Notes: generated from the letters alone by a model not told the origin. A stretch of DNA of 64,000 nucleotides from an uncultured Gemmatimonadales bacterium (GCA_963798915.1 CAWCVB010000007.1:64001-128000); one strand, 5' to 3'. Numbered from the stretch's first letter, positions 21,921 to 31,784 are shown. Translations and numbers: made by a program.

Positions 21921-23237
21921 TCAGGAATCGAGCCGCACCAGGTCCACCCGTCGGTTCTGCGCCTTCCCCTCCGGCGTGTCGTTGCTGGCCACCGGCTTGG
22001 ACTCGCCGAACCCCATCGCCTCCAGGCGTGCCGCGTCGATGTTCATTTCGGTCACGAGATACTCCATCACCGCCTTGGCGCGGCGCTCCGAGAGGTCCTG
22101 GTTGAATTCCGTGGTGCCGTCGCTGTCGGTGTGTCCCTCGATGGCGATGCGCAGATCGGGATTTCCCTGCAGCATCATGCCGATCTCCAGGAGCGTCGGC
22201 GTCGACTCGGGACGGATGCGCGCGCTGTTGGTGGCGAAGAGCACCCCCTGGGTGCTCACCCTGCCCTCCTCGACCAGCCGGTCGTAGAGGTCGCGGCCCC
22301 CGCCGGCCACCCGCACCGGCCCGATCAGGATCGGATGCTCGGCGCCCGCCGACCCGACGGCCATGAAGAGGGTGTCGCTCCGGGGAAAGACGGCATTCGG
22401 TACGTTGGCCACGCGCCGTTCGCCGAGGTAGACCTTCATGTGCTCGCCGTCGGCCATGACCCGTACCGAGGCGATCACGTCCCTCGTCGCGGCGGCCTCC
22501 ACGGTCGTCAGCACCTCTGGCCCAGCCCCGCCGACCGGCATGAGTCCTGCGCGGGTCATGGCCACGGCCACCACGGAACCCTGGTAGGTACGGGCCGGTC
22601 CCTGGAACGCCCGGCCTGGCATGAGGCGCACATAGGCGTTGCCATGGGTGAGATTGACGCTGTACTCCACCGTGAACTGGTCCGGGAGTGTTGCCGGCAG
22701 CGGGATGGCGAAGATCCCCCCGGACGTGGCGCGGACGTAGCGCATTCCCTCGACGTCCACGATTTCGAAGCTCCCCTGGCTCAGCACGAACCGCCGCGGG
22801 AAGTCTCCCACCACGTCGCGGGTGTAGTCGTCGTAGAAGAGGATCTTGTCGCCGGGCTGGAAGTCGTAATTGGCCCAGGCGCCCTCGCCCGGCCGTGAGA
22901 CGCCGCCGGAGGTCTCGGCGATGCGCGCGCCCTCTTCCGGATCGGAAACCGGTTTCCCCTTCTTGTCGAGCAACACCTCTCCCTCATCATCGGTCAGGAC
23001 GACGTCCTTCCCGGACTTCTCGGCGTCGTTGATGCACCGGAGGTTGTCGAAGGCGCACTGCACCGAGCCCCGGACAATCTTGTCCACCTGGCTGTTGGTT
23101 TCCGATTCCGCCGCCTCCTTGACCGTCTTCTTGAGATTCTTGAAGAACTGGGCATCGGCCCGGTCGGGGGAGAGCAGGAGGGCGAGGAGGATCAAGGCGA
23201 CCCCCACAGCGAGGGGCGGGCGCCGGATGGAAGGCAT
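21921..23237 (-). CDS. OmpA-family peptidoglycan-binding domain protein
   Basis: IEGHTDSDG...NQDLSERRAKAV...NRRVDL; signal peptide; AAGGAG RBS. Confidence 0.92.
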   Translation of the reverse strand: MPSIRRPPLAVGVALILLALLLSPDRADAQFFKNLKKTVKEAAESETNSQVDKIVRGSVQCAFDNLRCINDAEKSGKDVVLTDDEGEVLLDKKGKPVSDPEEGARIAETSGGVSRPGEGAWANYDFQPGDKILFYDDYTRDVVGDFPRRFVLSQGSFEIVDVEGMRYVRATSGGIFAIPLPATLPDQFTVEYSVNLTHGNAYVRLMPGRAFQGPARTYQGSVVAVAMTRAGLMPVGGAGPEVLTTVEAAATRDVIASVRVMADGEHMKVYLGERRVANVPNAVFPRSDTLFMAVGSAGAEHPILIGPVRVAGGGRDLYDRLVEEGRVSTQGVLFATNSARIRPESTPTLLEIGMMLQGNPDLRIAIEGHTDSDGTTEFNQDLSERRAKAVMEYLVTEMNIDAARLEAMGFGESKPVASNDTPEGKAQNRRVDLVRLDS

Positions 23238-23282
23238 CGGATGTCTCCTTGCATGACGGTAACGCGAACGGCCCTTCCCCAT

Positions 23283-23313
23283 CCTGAACGGATTGGGAAG
23301 ACGATTCCCGCCA
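23283..23313 (-). promoter_or_regulatory. putative ECF sigma promoter
   Basis: TGGCGGG-N15-CCGTTCAGG. Confidence 0.7.
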
Positions 23314-23359
23314 CGGAGATTCCGGCCCCGGCTGGGGGGTGGGAAGGGGCTGCGAGGGC

Positions 23360-26014
23360 CTACGGGTTGGAGGGGCCGGCGCCGGTGAGGAGGGCGAGTG
23401 CGTCCCGGCACTCCGCCTGGTGTTCCGCCCGCACGCCCTCGTTGCGGGTCATCCGCTGGACCGCGGAATCGAGAAGCAGGCGCGCGGTCGACGTGTCACC
23501 CAGCAGCATCCGGGCCCGGCCGGTGCGGCAATCCGCCATGATGGCCGCCGGATGCCCCGTGGGTACCTTGCCCCGCAGTATGTCAGCGGCTTCGGACGCC
23601 AGGCGGTTCGCCACCACCCCGTCACCATGCTGGAGCTGGATTTCCGCCCGGGTGAGCATCGGGAAGGCAACGACGTACGACCCCTCCGGCATGATTCGCC
23701 GGTAGATCCGTTCCGCCTCTCGGGCCAGGGAGTCCCCTTCCGCATAGCGCCCCTGCCCCGCAACCGCGACGGCCAGGTTCTGGTATGCACCTGCAACCGC
23801 AGAGTGATTCGGCCCATACCTGGTGAGCTTGGTGGTGAGGAGTTCCCGGTAGATCGCCTCGGACTCGGCATGCAGTCCCGCATTAGTCATCAGGACGCCG
23901 AGATTGTTCCGAACTGCGATCGTGTAGGTGTGGTCGGCCCCCAAGCGGTCATCGAAGATGCCGACGGCCCGCTTCATCAGTTCGACCGCCTCGGCGATCT
24001 CGCCCCGCAGACCGAGGGACTGCCCCAGCGTGTGCGCCGCCATGGCGGTGCCCACGGTGTTGGGCCCCTCGGTCCGTTCGAAGATCGCCAGCGCCTCCCG
24101 GGCCGCCGCTTCCGCTTCCTCGAGGCGATTGGCCTCACGATAGTCGTCAGCGAGTCGTCGAAGGGCCTCGCCCATTTCCTTGCCGCCCGCACGCCGCAGC
24201 GTCGCGACTCCCTCCTCCGTCCACGCCACCGCGGCCATAGGATCAACCTTTCCCTCGAGCAATCCCAGCGCCAGCAACGCCCGGGCCTCCCGCTCCAAGT
24301 CAACCGGCCGCCGGGCACGCTCGATCTCGAGGCGCCGAATCAACAATCCACGGGAGGAGTCGAATTGGGTGGTGCCTCCCAGCAGGTAGGCCAGCTCCCC
24401 GAGGTCGTCGGCGAAGGCGGCGGACATGGTGTCGCCCACCTGGAGCCTCAACGCGACCGCGTCGCCGACGGCCGACGTGGCGGAATCAATCTGGTCGAGC
24501 CTCGTAAACACGGCTCCGATGGTCGACAGCAGTGCCGCCTGGAGTTGCGGTTCGCCGCGCAGTTCTTTCCGAACTTTGCCCGCTCCGATTTGCAGCGCCT
24601 CGACCACCGTGATGTTGCGCCCCCGTTCCGGGTCCGCCGGGGTAAGAGGGTCGGCGCTCTCGAACAGATCGACCAGGAACGACTGGGTCTCCAGCGCGAG
24701 TCGCGTTGCCGCCTGCGCGGCGTCCCGCTCGCGGGCCAGCCGGCGGTTCTGTCTGGCGAGCGCTCCAACGAAGACCGTCGTACCGACCAGCACGACGGCA
24801 AGCGCCGGCAAGAAGATCGGATGCCGACCAATGAACTTCCGCATTCGGTACGTCAGGGATTCAGGATGGGCCGCAATCGGCAGCCCCCGCAGGTGGCGCC
24901 GCACATCCGCGGCCAGCTCGTCCGCAGAGGCATAGCGCTCCTCCGGTTCCACCCGCAGCGCCTTGCCGATGATGACATCGAGGTCGCCGCGCAGCTGGCG
25001 GGAGAGCCGGACGGGGGTCGTGCTCCGGTTGGCCGCCCGGGACTCGGGCACCGGGGTCTTCGGTATCGGAGTACCGGCGATCCGACTGGGCCGCTGCGAC
25101 GAGTCGCCTGAGTCCGTGCCTCCGGCCGTGGGTCGCACACCGGTGAGCAGCTCACGCAGCAGGAGACCCAACTGGTACACATCGGTGGCCGTGGTGATCC
25201 GGCCCCCCTGTCGCTGTTCCGGGCTGGCGTACGTGGGGGTCAGCGGTCGCGCGCCGACCGCCGTCTCTTCGTCGTCCTCCTCAAGCAGCTTTGCAATGCC
25301 GAAATCGAGCAGCTTCACCCGGCCATCGGCGCCGACCAGCACATTCGAGGGCTTGATGTCGCGGTGCACCACGAGCTGGCGGTGCGCCGAATGCACGGCA
25401 TCGGCGACGTTCAGGAAGAGCTTCAGCCGGGCGAGGACGTCGAGCCGCTGGGCGTCGGCCCAGGCGGTGATCGGTTCGCCCTCCACCAGCTCCACGACCA
25501 GATAAGGGCGGCCGTCGGCCGCGGAGCCGCCGTCGAGAAGCCGCGCGATGTTTGGATGGGAGAGCAAGGAGAGAATCTGTCGCTCGACCAGGAAGCGACG
25601 GATGAGATCGTCGGTATCGAGCCCGCGGCGGAGGACCTTGAGGGCAACCCGCTGCTGGTAGGTGCCGTCCGACCGCTCGGCCTCATACACCGTGGCCATC
25701 CCGCCCCGGCCCAGGTGCCGGATGATCCGATAGCGATCGACCTCGGTCCCCGGCGCCAGCGCGCCGGCATCACCCCCGGCTTCGTCCATCGCGAACGCCC
25801 CAAGTACGACCGGGTCCGACGGCGACGTCACACGGCCGGTATCGGAGTCCAATCGGTCGAGGAGTCGCAAGACAAGGCCACGGAGTGCGTCGTCACCCTG
25901 CGCGGCATGGCGGACGAACGCGACACGCTCGGCAGCAGGGTGATCCAACGCCTCCGCCAGCAACCGGTCCACGTCGTCCCAGCGCTCCCAGAGCAGCGGG
26001 CTATCGGGCGTCAT
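23360..26014 (-). CDS. Hanks-type Ser/Thr protein kinase with TM helix and TPR repeats
   Basis: GRGGMATV, VALK, HRDIKPSN, DFGIAK, YASPE. Confidence 0.95.
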   Translation of the reverse strand: MTPDSPLLWERWDDVDRLLAEALDHPAAERVAFVRHAAQGDDALRGLVLRLLDRLDSDTGRVTSPSDPVVLGAFAMDEAGGDAGALAPGTEVDRYRIIRHLGRGGMATVYEAERSDGTYQQRVALKVLRRGLDTDDLIRRFLVERQILSLLSHPNIARLLDGGSAADGRPYLVVELVEGEPITAWADAQRLDVLARLKLFLNVADAVHSAHRQLVVHRDIKPSNVLVGADGRVKLLDFGIAKLLEEDDEETAVGARPLTPTYASPEQRQGGRITTATDVYQLGLLLRELLTGVRPTAGGTDSGDSSQRPSRIAGTPIPKTPVPESRAANRSTTPVRLSRQLRGDLDVIIGKALRVEPEERYASADELAADVRRHLRGLPIAAHPESLTYRMRKFIGRHPIFLPALAVVLVGTTVFVGALARQNRRLARERDAAQAATRLALETQSFLVDLFESADPLTPADPERGRNITVVEALQIGAGKVRKELRGEPQLQAALLSTIGAVFTRLDQIDSATSAVGDAVALRLQVGDTMSAAFADDLGELAYLLGGTTQFDSSRGLLIRRLEIERARRPVDLEREARALLALGLLEGKVDPMAAVAWTEEGVATLRRAGGKEMGEALRRLADDYREANRLEEAEAAAREALAIFERTEGPNTVGTAMAAHTLGQSLGLRGEIAEAVELMKRAVGIFDDRLGADHTYTIAVRNNLGVLMTNAGLHAESEAIYRELLTTKLTRYGPNHSAVAGAYQNLAVAVAGQGRYAEGDSLAREAERIYRRIMPEGSYVVAFPMLTRAEIQLQHGDGVVANRLASEAADILRGKVPTGHPAAIMADCRTGRARMLLGDTSTARLLLDSAVQRMTRNEGVRAEHQAECRDALALLTGAGPSNP

Positions 26015-26573
26015 CTCCTGCCAGCGCCTCGAGCAGGTAGGCCTTGGCACGCGTCCATTCCCGCTCCACGGTCCGGGTTGAGGTGTCCAGCACGGCCGCC
26101 ACTTCGTCCACGGTCAGCCCCCCGAAGAACCGGAGCTCCACCACGCGCGCCATCCGGGGATTGTGCTGCGCGAGCCGCTCCAGCGCCTCGTCCACGCCAA
26201 GCACGTCCTCGGATCCCTGGTCCGCGTCGATCGTGCCTTCGTCGAGCTCCGGGCGCACCGTCCCGCCGCCGCGCCGCTGGGCCTGGGTGCGCCGAGCGTG
26301 ATCCACGAGGATATGGCGCATCGCCTTCGAGGCGAAGGCGTAGAAGTGCGCGCGACTCTGCCATTCCCCGCCCTCGCTGCCAGCCAGCCGGAGAAACACC
26401 TCGTGCACCAGCGCCGTCGTGGCGAGATCCCCATCTCCACCCGCCATCAGGCGGCGGTGCGCGATGGCCCGCAAGTCGTCGTACGCGAGCGCGATCAGTT
26501 TCGGGAACGCCTCCGCGTCCCCTTCGCTCCACTGGCCCAGGAGATTCGTGATCGTCTGCGGGTTGGTCGCCAT
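26001..26573 (-). CDS. ECF sigma factor, kinase-associated type
   Basis: ATTALVHEVFLRL, AMRHILVDHAR, VELRFFGGLT..E.A. Confidence 0.93.
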   Translation of the reverse strand: MATNPQTITNLLGQWSEGDAEAFPKLIALAYDDLRAIAHRRLMAGGDGDLATTALVHEVFLRLAGSEGGEWQSRAHFYAFASKAMRHILVDHARRTQAQRRGGGTVRPELDEGTIDADQGSEDVLGVDEALERLAQHNPRMARVVELRFFGGLTVDEVAAVLDTSTRTVEREWTRAKAYLLEALAGDDAR

Positions 26574-26625
26574 CTCTGGAAGCTACGCCTCACCGGGACC
26601 TCGGCAAGACAGCGCCCCTCGGTGC

Positions 26626-26656
26626 CTTTAACGGCGTCCGGGCCGCAATCCCGCCA
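26626..26656 (-). promoter_or_regulatory. putative autoregulatory ECF promoter
   Basis: TGGCGGG-N15-CCGTTAAAG upstream of the sigma gene. Confidence 0.65.
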
Positions 26657-26675
26657 GAGCGGCACCTGGAAAGGC

Positions 26676-26707
26676 GAACGCCCCCGGCCGACTGGCCGGG
26701 GGCGTTC
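26676..26707. terminator. rho-independent terminator hairpin
   Basis: GAACGCCCCCGGCC-GACT-GGCCGGGGGCGTTC just after the DUF4382 stop. Confidence 0.75.
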
Positions 26708-26725
26708 CTTTGCACATGGGGTGAG

Positions 26726-27517
26726 TTACGGCACCAGCGTGAAATCCACTCCGGTGACGTTCTCGGAATTCGCCACGTCAACTGGGGTGACGAGTCCGTC
26801 CTGGTACCCGGTGGCGCGTGCCAAGACCGAGTAGGTGCCCGGCGCGAGGTAACGGAGCACGTACTCCCCCGTCAGGGTGTCCGCGGCGGCGGTAGCGACG
26901 GTGTCCAGGCCCTGGATCGCATACAGCCCGGCCCTGGCCTCGATCGGGAGTACGGTGCCCGCAATCGAGCCCGCCACGTCCATGACGGTCGCGTGAATGA
27001 CCGGCTTGAACGAGGCGGACATCGGTCCGCCCGGCGGTCCCTGGAAGACGAAGCTGCGGGAGACGTCGAAATCGACGAGCAGAACCGTCTCACCCGGGAC
27101 CACCTGCACATTCCCCAAATTCACCTTCAGGCCGGAGGTGGAGCCGCTTGGGACCTTCATCAGCTCGGAATTGCTCCCGCTGGTGAAGGTGAGCGGGTCC
27201 TTGAGCGTGACCCTGGCCGAGTCGACGACCACGCGAAGCTGGTTGTAGCTGCCGACCGGAATCTCGGCCGAGCCGAGGTAGGCCGTCACGCCACCCTGCA
27301 GGTTGAGCAGGTCGTAGGAGGCGGTATCGCTGCTGATGACGTAGGACCCGGCATCGCCGACCACCGAGACCCCCGAGACCCAGATCATGGCGCTTTCGAC
27401 CTCTTCGCCTGGCGCGTCGGCCAGTCGAAGGGTGAGCGTGCCCATATCGGCGGTCCGAGCCGCGACACGCCGGTCCAGCGCTTCCCTGTAGATGGTGATG
27501 TCGGGCAGTTCGGGCAT
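26726..27517 (-). CDS. DUF4382-like protein fused to an Fpg/Nei-like N-terminal peptide
   Basis: LRLADAP..., YDLLNLQGG, KVPSGSTSGLKV, VDFDVSRS; starts MPELPDITIY. Confidence 0.7.
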   Translation of the reverse strand: MPELPDITIYREALDRRVAARTADMGTLTLRLADAPGEEVESAMIWVSGVSVVGDAGSYVISSDTASYDLLNLQGGVTAYLGSAEIPVGSYNQLRVVVDSARVTLKDPLTFTSGSNSELMKVPSGSTSGLKVNLGNVQVVPGETVLLVDFDVSRSFVFQGPPGGPMSASFKPVIHATVMDVAGSIAGTVLPIEARAGLYAIQGLDTVATAAADTLTGEYVLRYLAPGTYSVLARATGYQDGLVTPVDVANSENVTGVDFTLVP

Positions 27518-27643
27518 GGCTGGCTTGCAAGATCGCGCTGCGAATGCCCCGAGCGCGAGGCGGGCGCTCGGGCTCACGATTGACGCGGCGGGGGCCCCGT
27601 CCGAGTTTCTTCATCCTCTGCACCCCGATGGAGATTCGCGCCG

Positions 27644-27870
27644 ATGATCGCCTGCGTGCTCGCCCTCGCCGCCCTGCTGCAAGCTCCCGCCGACTCCACC
27701 GCGCTCAGTGGGACGCGCAATCCGGCGTACGCCGCCGACGGAGCCCGCGCGGCGACTCGGTGGTGTTCTCGTCGAATCGCGGGGGGCGCTTCTCGCTCTG
27801 GATCGTCGGCGCGGGCGGCGGCGCGCCGCGGCAACTCACCGATACGACGGCGAGCGATAAGCCATGGAGT
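27644..27870 (+). pseudogene. TolB/PD40 repeat protein fragment
   Basis: Signal peptide plus PAYAADG, frameshift to SPRGDSVVFSSNRGG...PRQLT. Confidence 0.6.
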
Positions 27871-27912
27871 CATGGGATCTCCGAGTTGCGCGTCATATTG
27901 TTCGCCATTGCC

Positions 27913-27971
27913 ATCTAACGAGTTGTGCTTCAGCCGCGGGCGGCGATGGCGGCTGCAAGCGCTTGTTAGAC
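27913..27971 (-). repeat. attC site
   Basis: ATCTAAC...GCTTCAGCCG..CGGCTGCAAGCGCTT-GTTAGAC. Confidence 0.88.
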
Positions 27972-27994
27972 GGCATGGCGGCACCGTTGCCGCG

Positions 27995-28399
27995 CTAGCG
28001 TGGGTACCGAGCGAGCGGTGATCGGTCACCGACAAACCAGATGTGCCCGAATGGATCCACGAAACCACCCTGCCGATGCGGACCCCACGGCATGCTGTGC
28101 ACCCGGACCTGGTGACCGCCAACCTCTGCACCAGCAGCGACAGCTCTGGCCACAACCGTGTCGGGACCGTCGCAGAATAGCTCAACTCGCACGGATGGCA
28201 TACCGAGCCGCCCCGGCATGTCCCACCCGTTGTTTTCGGGCTCGCCCAGCAGGATGGGCGCGCCCCCGATCTCGAGCCCAATGACCGAGCCAAGATTCCA
28301 GAGCTCCGTGGCGCCCAACGCCCGTTGATACCAAGCGGAGGCGGCCGGCGCGTCCGGAACGGCAAGCATGACAGATATCTGACAGGTAGTCGCTGACAT
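27995..28399 (-). CDS. VOC family protein (cassette)
   Basis: AWYQRALGA...PWGPHRQGGFVDPFGHIWFVG. Confidence 0.85.
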   Translation of the reverse strand: MSATTCQISVMLAVPDAPAASAWYQRALGATELWNLGSVIGLEIGGAPILLGEPENNGWDMPGRLGMPSVRVELFCDGPDTVVARAVAAGAEVGGHQVRVHSMPWGPHRQGGFVDPFGHIWFVGDRSPLARYPR

Positions 28400-28456
28400 T
28401 GGCTGCACCACGATCTGGTGGAAGGTAAAGCGCACTCAAGGCTAGCGCGCCATGCC

Positions 28457-28571
28457 GTCTAACGACCTGCGCTTCCGCTGCGGGGCCTGGCGAGGCCGCC
28501 GCCATCCCCACACTAGCTAAACGCGGCGGCCGAGCGGTTCAGGCCTCGTCGGCAGCAAGCGCGGGTTCGGC
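28457..28571 (-). repeat. attC site
   Basis: GTCTAAC ... GCAGCAAGCGCGG-GTTCGGC. Confidence 0.88.
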
Positions 28572-28576
28572 GCCAC

Positions 28577-29185
28577 CTAGTGATCGTCCGGGAGGCTCAA
28601 CACATGGCCAGCCCGCGAGACCGGAACGAGGACCCCTGGACGGGCCGAAAAATTCACCAGAGCAGTACGAAGTGCGGCAGATTCACTGGTCAGGAAGATT
28701 TTGTCGTCATGTCCACCGGACCGAATGTACGGTGTCCGTAAACGCCCTGATTCCAAAGCCGCCTTCAGCGAATCCGTGTCAAACCCCAAAAAATCGAGTC
28801 CTCCTGCAGTCCGCCGCACGACGACTTGCATGTACCCTGGAAGAACCAAACCATTGTACCTGTCCCAATCGCTCGCGCTCGCCGGTGTCACCTCGAAGAC
28901 CCAGGTGCCGGGGCCAAATGGCCCCAACCGGCCCACCAATCGAATCGTGTCGCTGTTGTTGCTAACGGATCGGAGCAGGTACTCCGTAGCCACCGGACCG
29001 CTCGGACTGGTCTTCTGGGTGACCTGAATCAGCGTGGTGTCCCCGCCCTGGATCAGTTGCCAATCCCCGAGCAGGCGTGGCTCGGCGATTGCCGCGCCAT
29101 CAGCGACCATCGGATGGATGGACGCGACCGATGTGCATGCAGTCACCAGCCAGAGGATCGGAAGCATGGCCAACCGTGTGCTCAA
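28577..29185 (-). CDS. hypothetical lipoprotein (cassette)
   Basis: VTAC lipobox; SIHP...EPRLLGDW. Confidence 0.7.
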   Translation of the reverse strand: MSTRLAMLPILWLVTACTSVASIHPMVADGAAIAEPRLLGDWQLIQGGDTTLIQVTQKTSPSGPVATEYLLRSVSNNSDTIRLVGRLGPFGPGTWVFEVTPASASDWDRYNGLVLPGYMQVVVRRTAGGLDFLGFDTDSLKAALESGRLRTPYIRSGGHDDKIFLTSESAALRTALVNFSARPGVLVPVSRAGHVLSLPDDH

Positions 29186-29226
29186 AGATCCCTCCAGTGT
29201 TTGTGTTGCCCGTAGGTTCGAATGGC

Positions 29227-29286
29227 GCCTAACGGCATGGCGATAAGCGGCGGGTGAAGCCCGTCCGCTTCATCGCCGGGTTCGCC
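29227..29286 (-). repeat. attC site
   Basis: GCCTAAC..GGCGATAAGCGG..CCGCTTCATCGCCGG-GTTCGCC. Confidence 0.88.
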
Positions 29287-29290
29287 GGCA

Positions 29291-30343
29291 TCATCGCATA
29301 ATGGTCTCGCGCAGCCACCCCAGAAGCTGGTTCAAGTAAAGCTCGGATATCGGACCGCCCGAATCCGTCGTCCCAGTCTCCATAAGATGGTCGGCCTGCG
29401 GGATCCGCTGAATCGTCACTGCCGGGTTGGAGCGCGTCGCTTGTCGGATATTCGCGATGCTTTCCTCGACCGGAACCCATGGGTCCGCTTGGGCAAAGAA
29501 GAAGGCGATCGGAACCCGAACCCGAGCGAGTGCGGCCAGCGGATCATAGTCCATCTCCGCGTACCACTTCGTGAGCCTGGGCTCAGCGGGCAGGTCGCCC
29601 CTACCGGGGAGAAAGACCTGGCTGAACCATGGCTCGTGCCGGATGGTCGCGATGGCCTTCTCAGCATCCGTCCTCGTAGCCCGCCCTCGGTAGTAATCGT
29701 TCACCACAGCTCGAATCCGCAGCGCTCGGTCAATGATCTCCGGCGGGTGGCCGGCGGCTCGAAGCGCGGTCGCTGCGGCATAATCCATCTGGCCCGCCGG
29801 GCTCACGCCGGGACCGGACACTGAGACGACGAAAGCGATATCGCGTGACATGGTCGCGGCGAGCGGGCCCAGCCAGCCGCCTTGACTCACTCCCCAGACA
29901 CCTATCCGCTCAGGGTCGATGTCGCGTCGCGATTTCAGCAGTTCAACTCCGGCGATTCCATCCGCTGCGAGGTCCTGGAAGGTCGCTGTGTTGAAATCGC
30001 CGGTGGACGAACCTGAGCCCCGGCGGTCGAAGATTAAGACGGCGATGCCCGCGGCAGGGAGCGCGGTGGCAAGATGCTGATACGCATGGAAACTGCGCGT
30101 CCCGCCGCCCGCAGCATGGAATACGACCACAGCTGGGTACCGCCCGACCCCAGAGGGAATGTACAGGGTGCCCGACAGGTCGATGCTGCCATTGTGAAAG
30201 GAAACCTGTTCTGCCGACTCTGCCGAGCGCCCGGCACCGGCTGGATCAGGGGCCGTTCCAAGAGTCACGAGGGCGCCCAGGATGATGCCTAGCCACATAA
30301 CGGGGTCACGACCCAGAGAGTGAGTGGTGGCGGGCTTGACCAT
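29291..30343 (-). CDS. alpha/beta hydrolase (S9/S15-like), cassette copy 1
   Basis: FDRRGSGSS, GVSQGG, DPWVP, ADH. Confidence 0.9.
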   Translation of the reverse strand: MVKPATTHSLGRDPVMWLGIILGALVTLGTAPDPAGAGRSAESAEQVSFHNGSIDLSGTLYIPSGVGRYPAVVVFHAAGGGTRSFHAYQHLATALPAAGIAVLIFDRRGSGSSTGDFNTATFQDLAADGIAGVELLKSRRDIDPERIGVWGVSQGGWLGPLAATMSRDIAFVVSVSGPGVSPAGQMDYAAATALRAAGHPPEIIDRALRIRAVVNDYYRGRATRTDAEKAIATIRHEPWFSQVFLPGRGDLPAEPRLTKWYAEMDYDPLAALARVRVPIAFFFAQADPWVPVEESIANIRQATRSNPAVTIQRIPQADHLMETGTTDSGGPISELYLNQLLGWLRETIMR

Positions 30344-30374
30344 TGGTGTCTTCAGGCCTCCGTCGCGGCTTGCC

Positions 30375-30490
30375 GGCGAACGGCTTGCGCTTCTGCGGCG
30401 GGGCCAGGCCGGGGCCGCCGCCATCCCTAACCTACCTAACGCGGCGACCCCGGCGCTTCTGGCCCGGTCCGCAGCAAGCGCGTGTTAGAC
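30375..30490 (-). repeat. attC site
   Basis: GGCGAAC..GCGCTTCTGCGG ... CCGCAGCAAGCGCGT-GTTAGAC. Confidence 0.88.
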
Positions 30491-30913
30491 GGCGTCCGAC
30501 CCATCGTGCATACTTGCCGCCGCTGGTCCGCGATGCGTTCGCCAGTAGATGCCACCACCCACGGCACCGAGCACAACTCCCAACGGGCCCGTGATGAAGA
30601 TGCCAAGCATCGGACCTTGGTTTGCACCCGGCGCAAAGATCATTGGCCCAACAAAGCCGATCACAAACCCGATTACGCCGGTGACTAGCGCGCCTGCGAC
30701 GACAGATTCGACCAAGCCCCGCGAGGAGGAGGGTCCGACCCCTCGCTTCCATATGTATCGTGCCGCAGGGAGAGCGCAGGCCAAGGCCACCGCGATGCGC
30801 ACAATAGGGGCTCGGCCGACCGGAACAGGGAATAACACCGAGAGCCAAAAGACGAAGTAGAGAGTGGCCACCCCGGTGAACAGCGCGGCGCAAACGCGAA
30901 GGACTGACTTCAC
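30485..30913 (-). CDS. hypothetical membrane protein (cassette)
   Basis: GFVGPMIFAPGANQGPMLGIFITGPLG; stop inside GTCTAAC. Confidence 0.75.
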   Translation of the reverse strand: MKSVLRVCAALFTGVATLYFVFWLSVLFPVPVGRAPIVRIAVALACALPAARYIWKRGVGPSSSRGLVESVVAGALVTGVIGFVIGFVGPMIFAPGANQGPMLGIFITGPLGVVLGAVGGGIYWRTHRGPAAASMHDGSDAV

Positions 30914-31030
30914 GGTAGGTTCGACCTCCGACGGCGCACTCCAAGCGAATGCACTGAGAAGCGTTCAGGTGCGAACTCCACGAGTACAGCACACAAAGCG
31001 TTGGGTTCAGAGACCGAGGTCGTTGTGGCC

Positions 31031-31118
31031 GTCTAACGACAGGCGGTTCAGTTGCGGGGCGTGCGCCCGTCACCAATCAATGTTCCTTCCCGGCCTGACG
31101 GGCGCCAGCGGGTTAGCC
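31031..31118 (-). repeat. attC site (one arm partly deleted)
   Basis: GTCTAAC ... GTTAGCC. Confidence 0.7.
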
Positions 31119-31132
31119 AACACCGCGCGCGG

Positions 31133-31423
31133 CTACGCACTCAACGCGACGGCCACGGCTTCGGGGTCGACGGCGGCGACGCGGAGCAATGCTCGCGCGG
31201 GCCCGTCCGGCACCCGGCGCCCCTGCTCCCAGTTGCGCAGCGTGGCCACACTCACGCCGATCATCAGCGCAAACTCGGCCTGCGTCACGTCCAGGGCAGC
31301 CCGAATGGCGCGGATGTCGGCCGGCTTGAACGTCGTGACCCGGCGCGGACGACGCTGGCCCCGGCGAATCTGGCCGGCCTGCTTGACACTGGTCACGAGC
31401 CGCTTGAAGTCGGCTGGCTTCAT
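31133..31423 (-). CDS. HigA-like HTH antitoxin
   Basis: TQAEFALMIGVSVATLRNWEQGRR.P.GPA. Confidence 0.9.
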   Translation of the reverse strand: MKPADFKRLVTSVKQAGQIRRGQRRPRRVTTFKPADIRAIRAALDVTQAEFALMIGVSVATLRNWEQGRRVPDGPARALLRVAAVDPEAVAVALSA

Positions 31424-31737
31424 CGAAACTCCTCCTCGACCAGGCGGCGAAGCCTCTTGAGCTGCGCCGTGGTCAAATCATCCTGCACGTTCTTGGCATA
31501 GACGAGGAGCATGTAGAAGGTCTCCTCCGCGGGATGCCAGTAATAAAGAATTCGCACTCCGCCGCGCTTGCCCCGCCCGCTGCCGGTCCAGCGCACCTTG
31601 CGCAGGCCCCCGGAACCGGGCATGCGCGCGCCCTGCTCCGGGCGCAGCAGCAGGGCGACTTGGAGGGCTCGGTACGCCTCGTCGCTCAGGGTCCCCCGGA
31701 GACTGGCAGTAAAGACGGGGGTCTCGACGAAGCGCAC
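31420..31737 (-). CDS. RelE/HigB-family toxin
   Basis: FVETPVF, GSGGLRKVRW, GKRGGVRILYY, YAKN. Confidence 0.9.
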   Translation of the reverse strand: MRFVETPVFTASLRGTLSDEAYRALQVALLLRPEQGARMPGSGGLRKVRWTGSGRGKRGGVRILYYWHPAEETFYMLLVYAKNVQDDLTTAQLKRLRRLVEEEFR

Positions 31738-31745
31738 GGTTCAAA

Positions 31746-31762
31746 GTACGCCAATGGCGTAC
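31746..31762. promoter_or_regulatory. TA operator palindrome
   Basis: GTACGCCA-A-TGGCGTAC just upstream of the toxin. Confidence 0.6.
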
Positions 31763-31784
31763 CTCACGCAAGAGCTCGGGTGTT

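Noticed and set aside
23339..25111. Long plus-strand ORF of 590 aa, and similar antisense ORFs elsewhere
   Set aside because: Shadow ORFs opposite well-supported genes in high-GC DNA, with no recognisable motifs.
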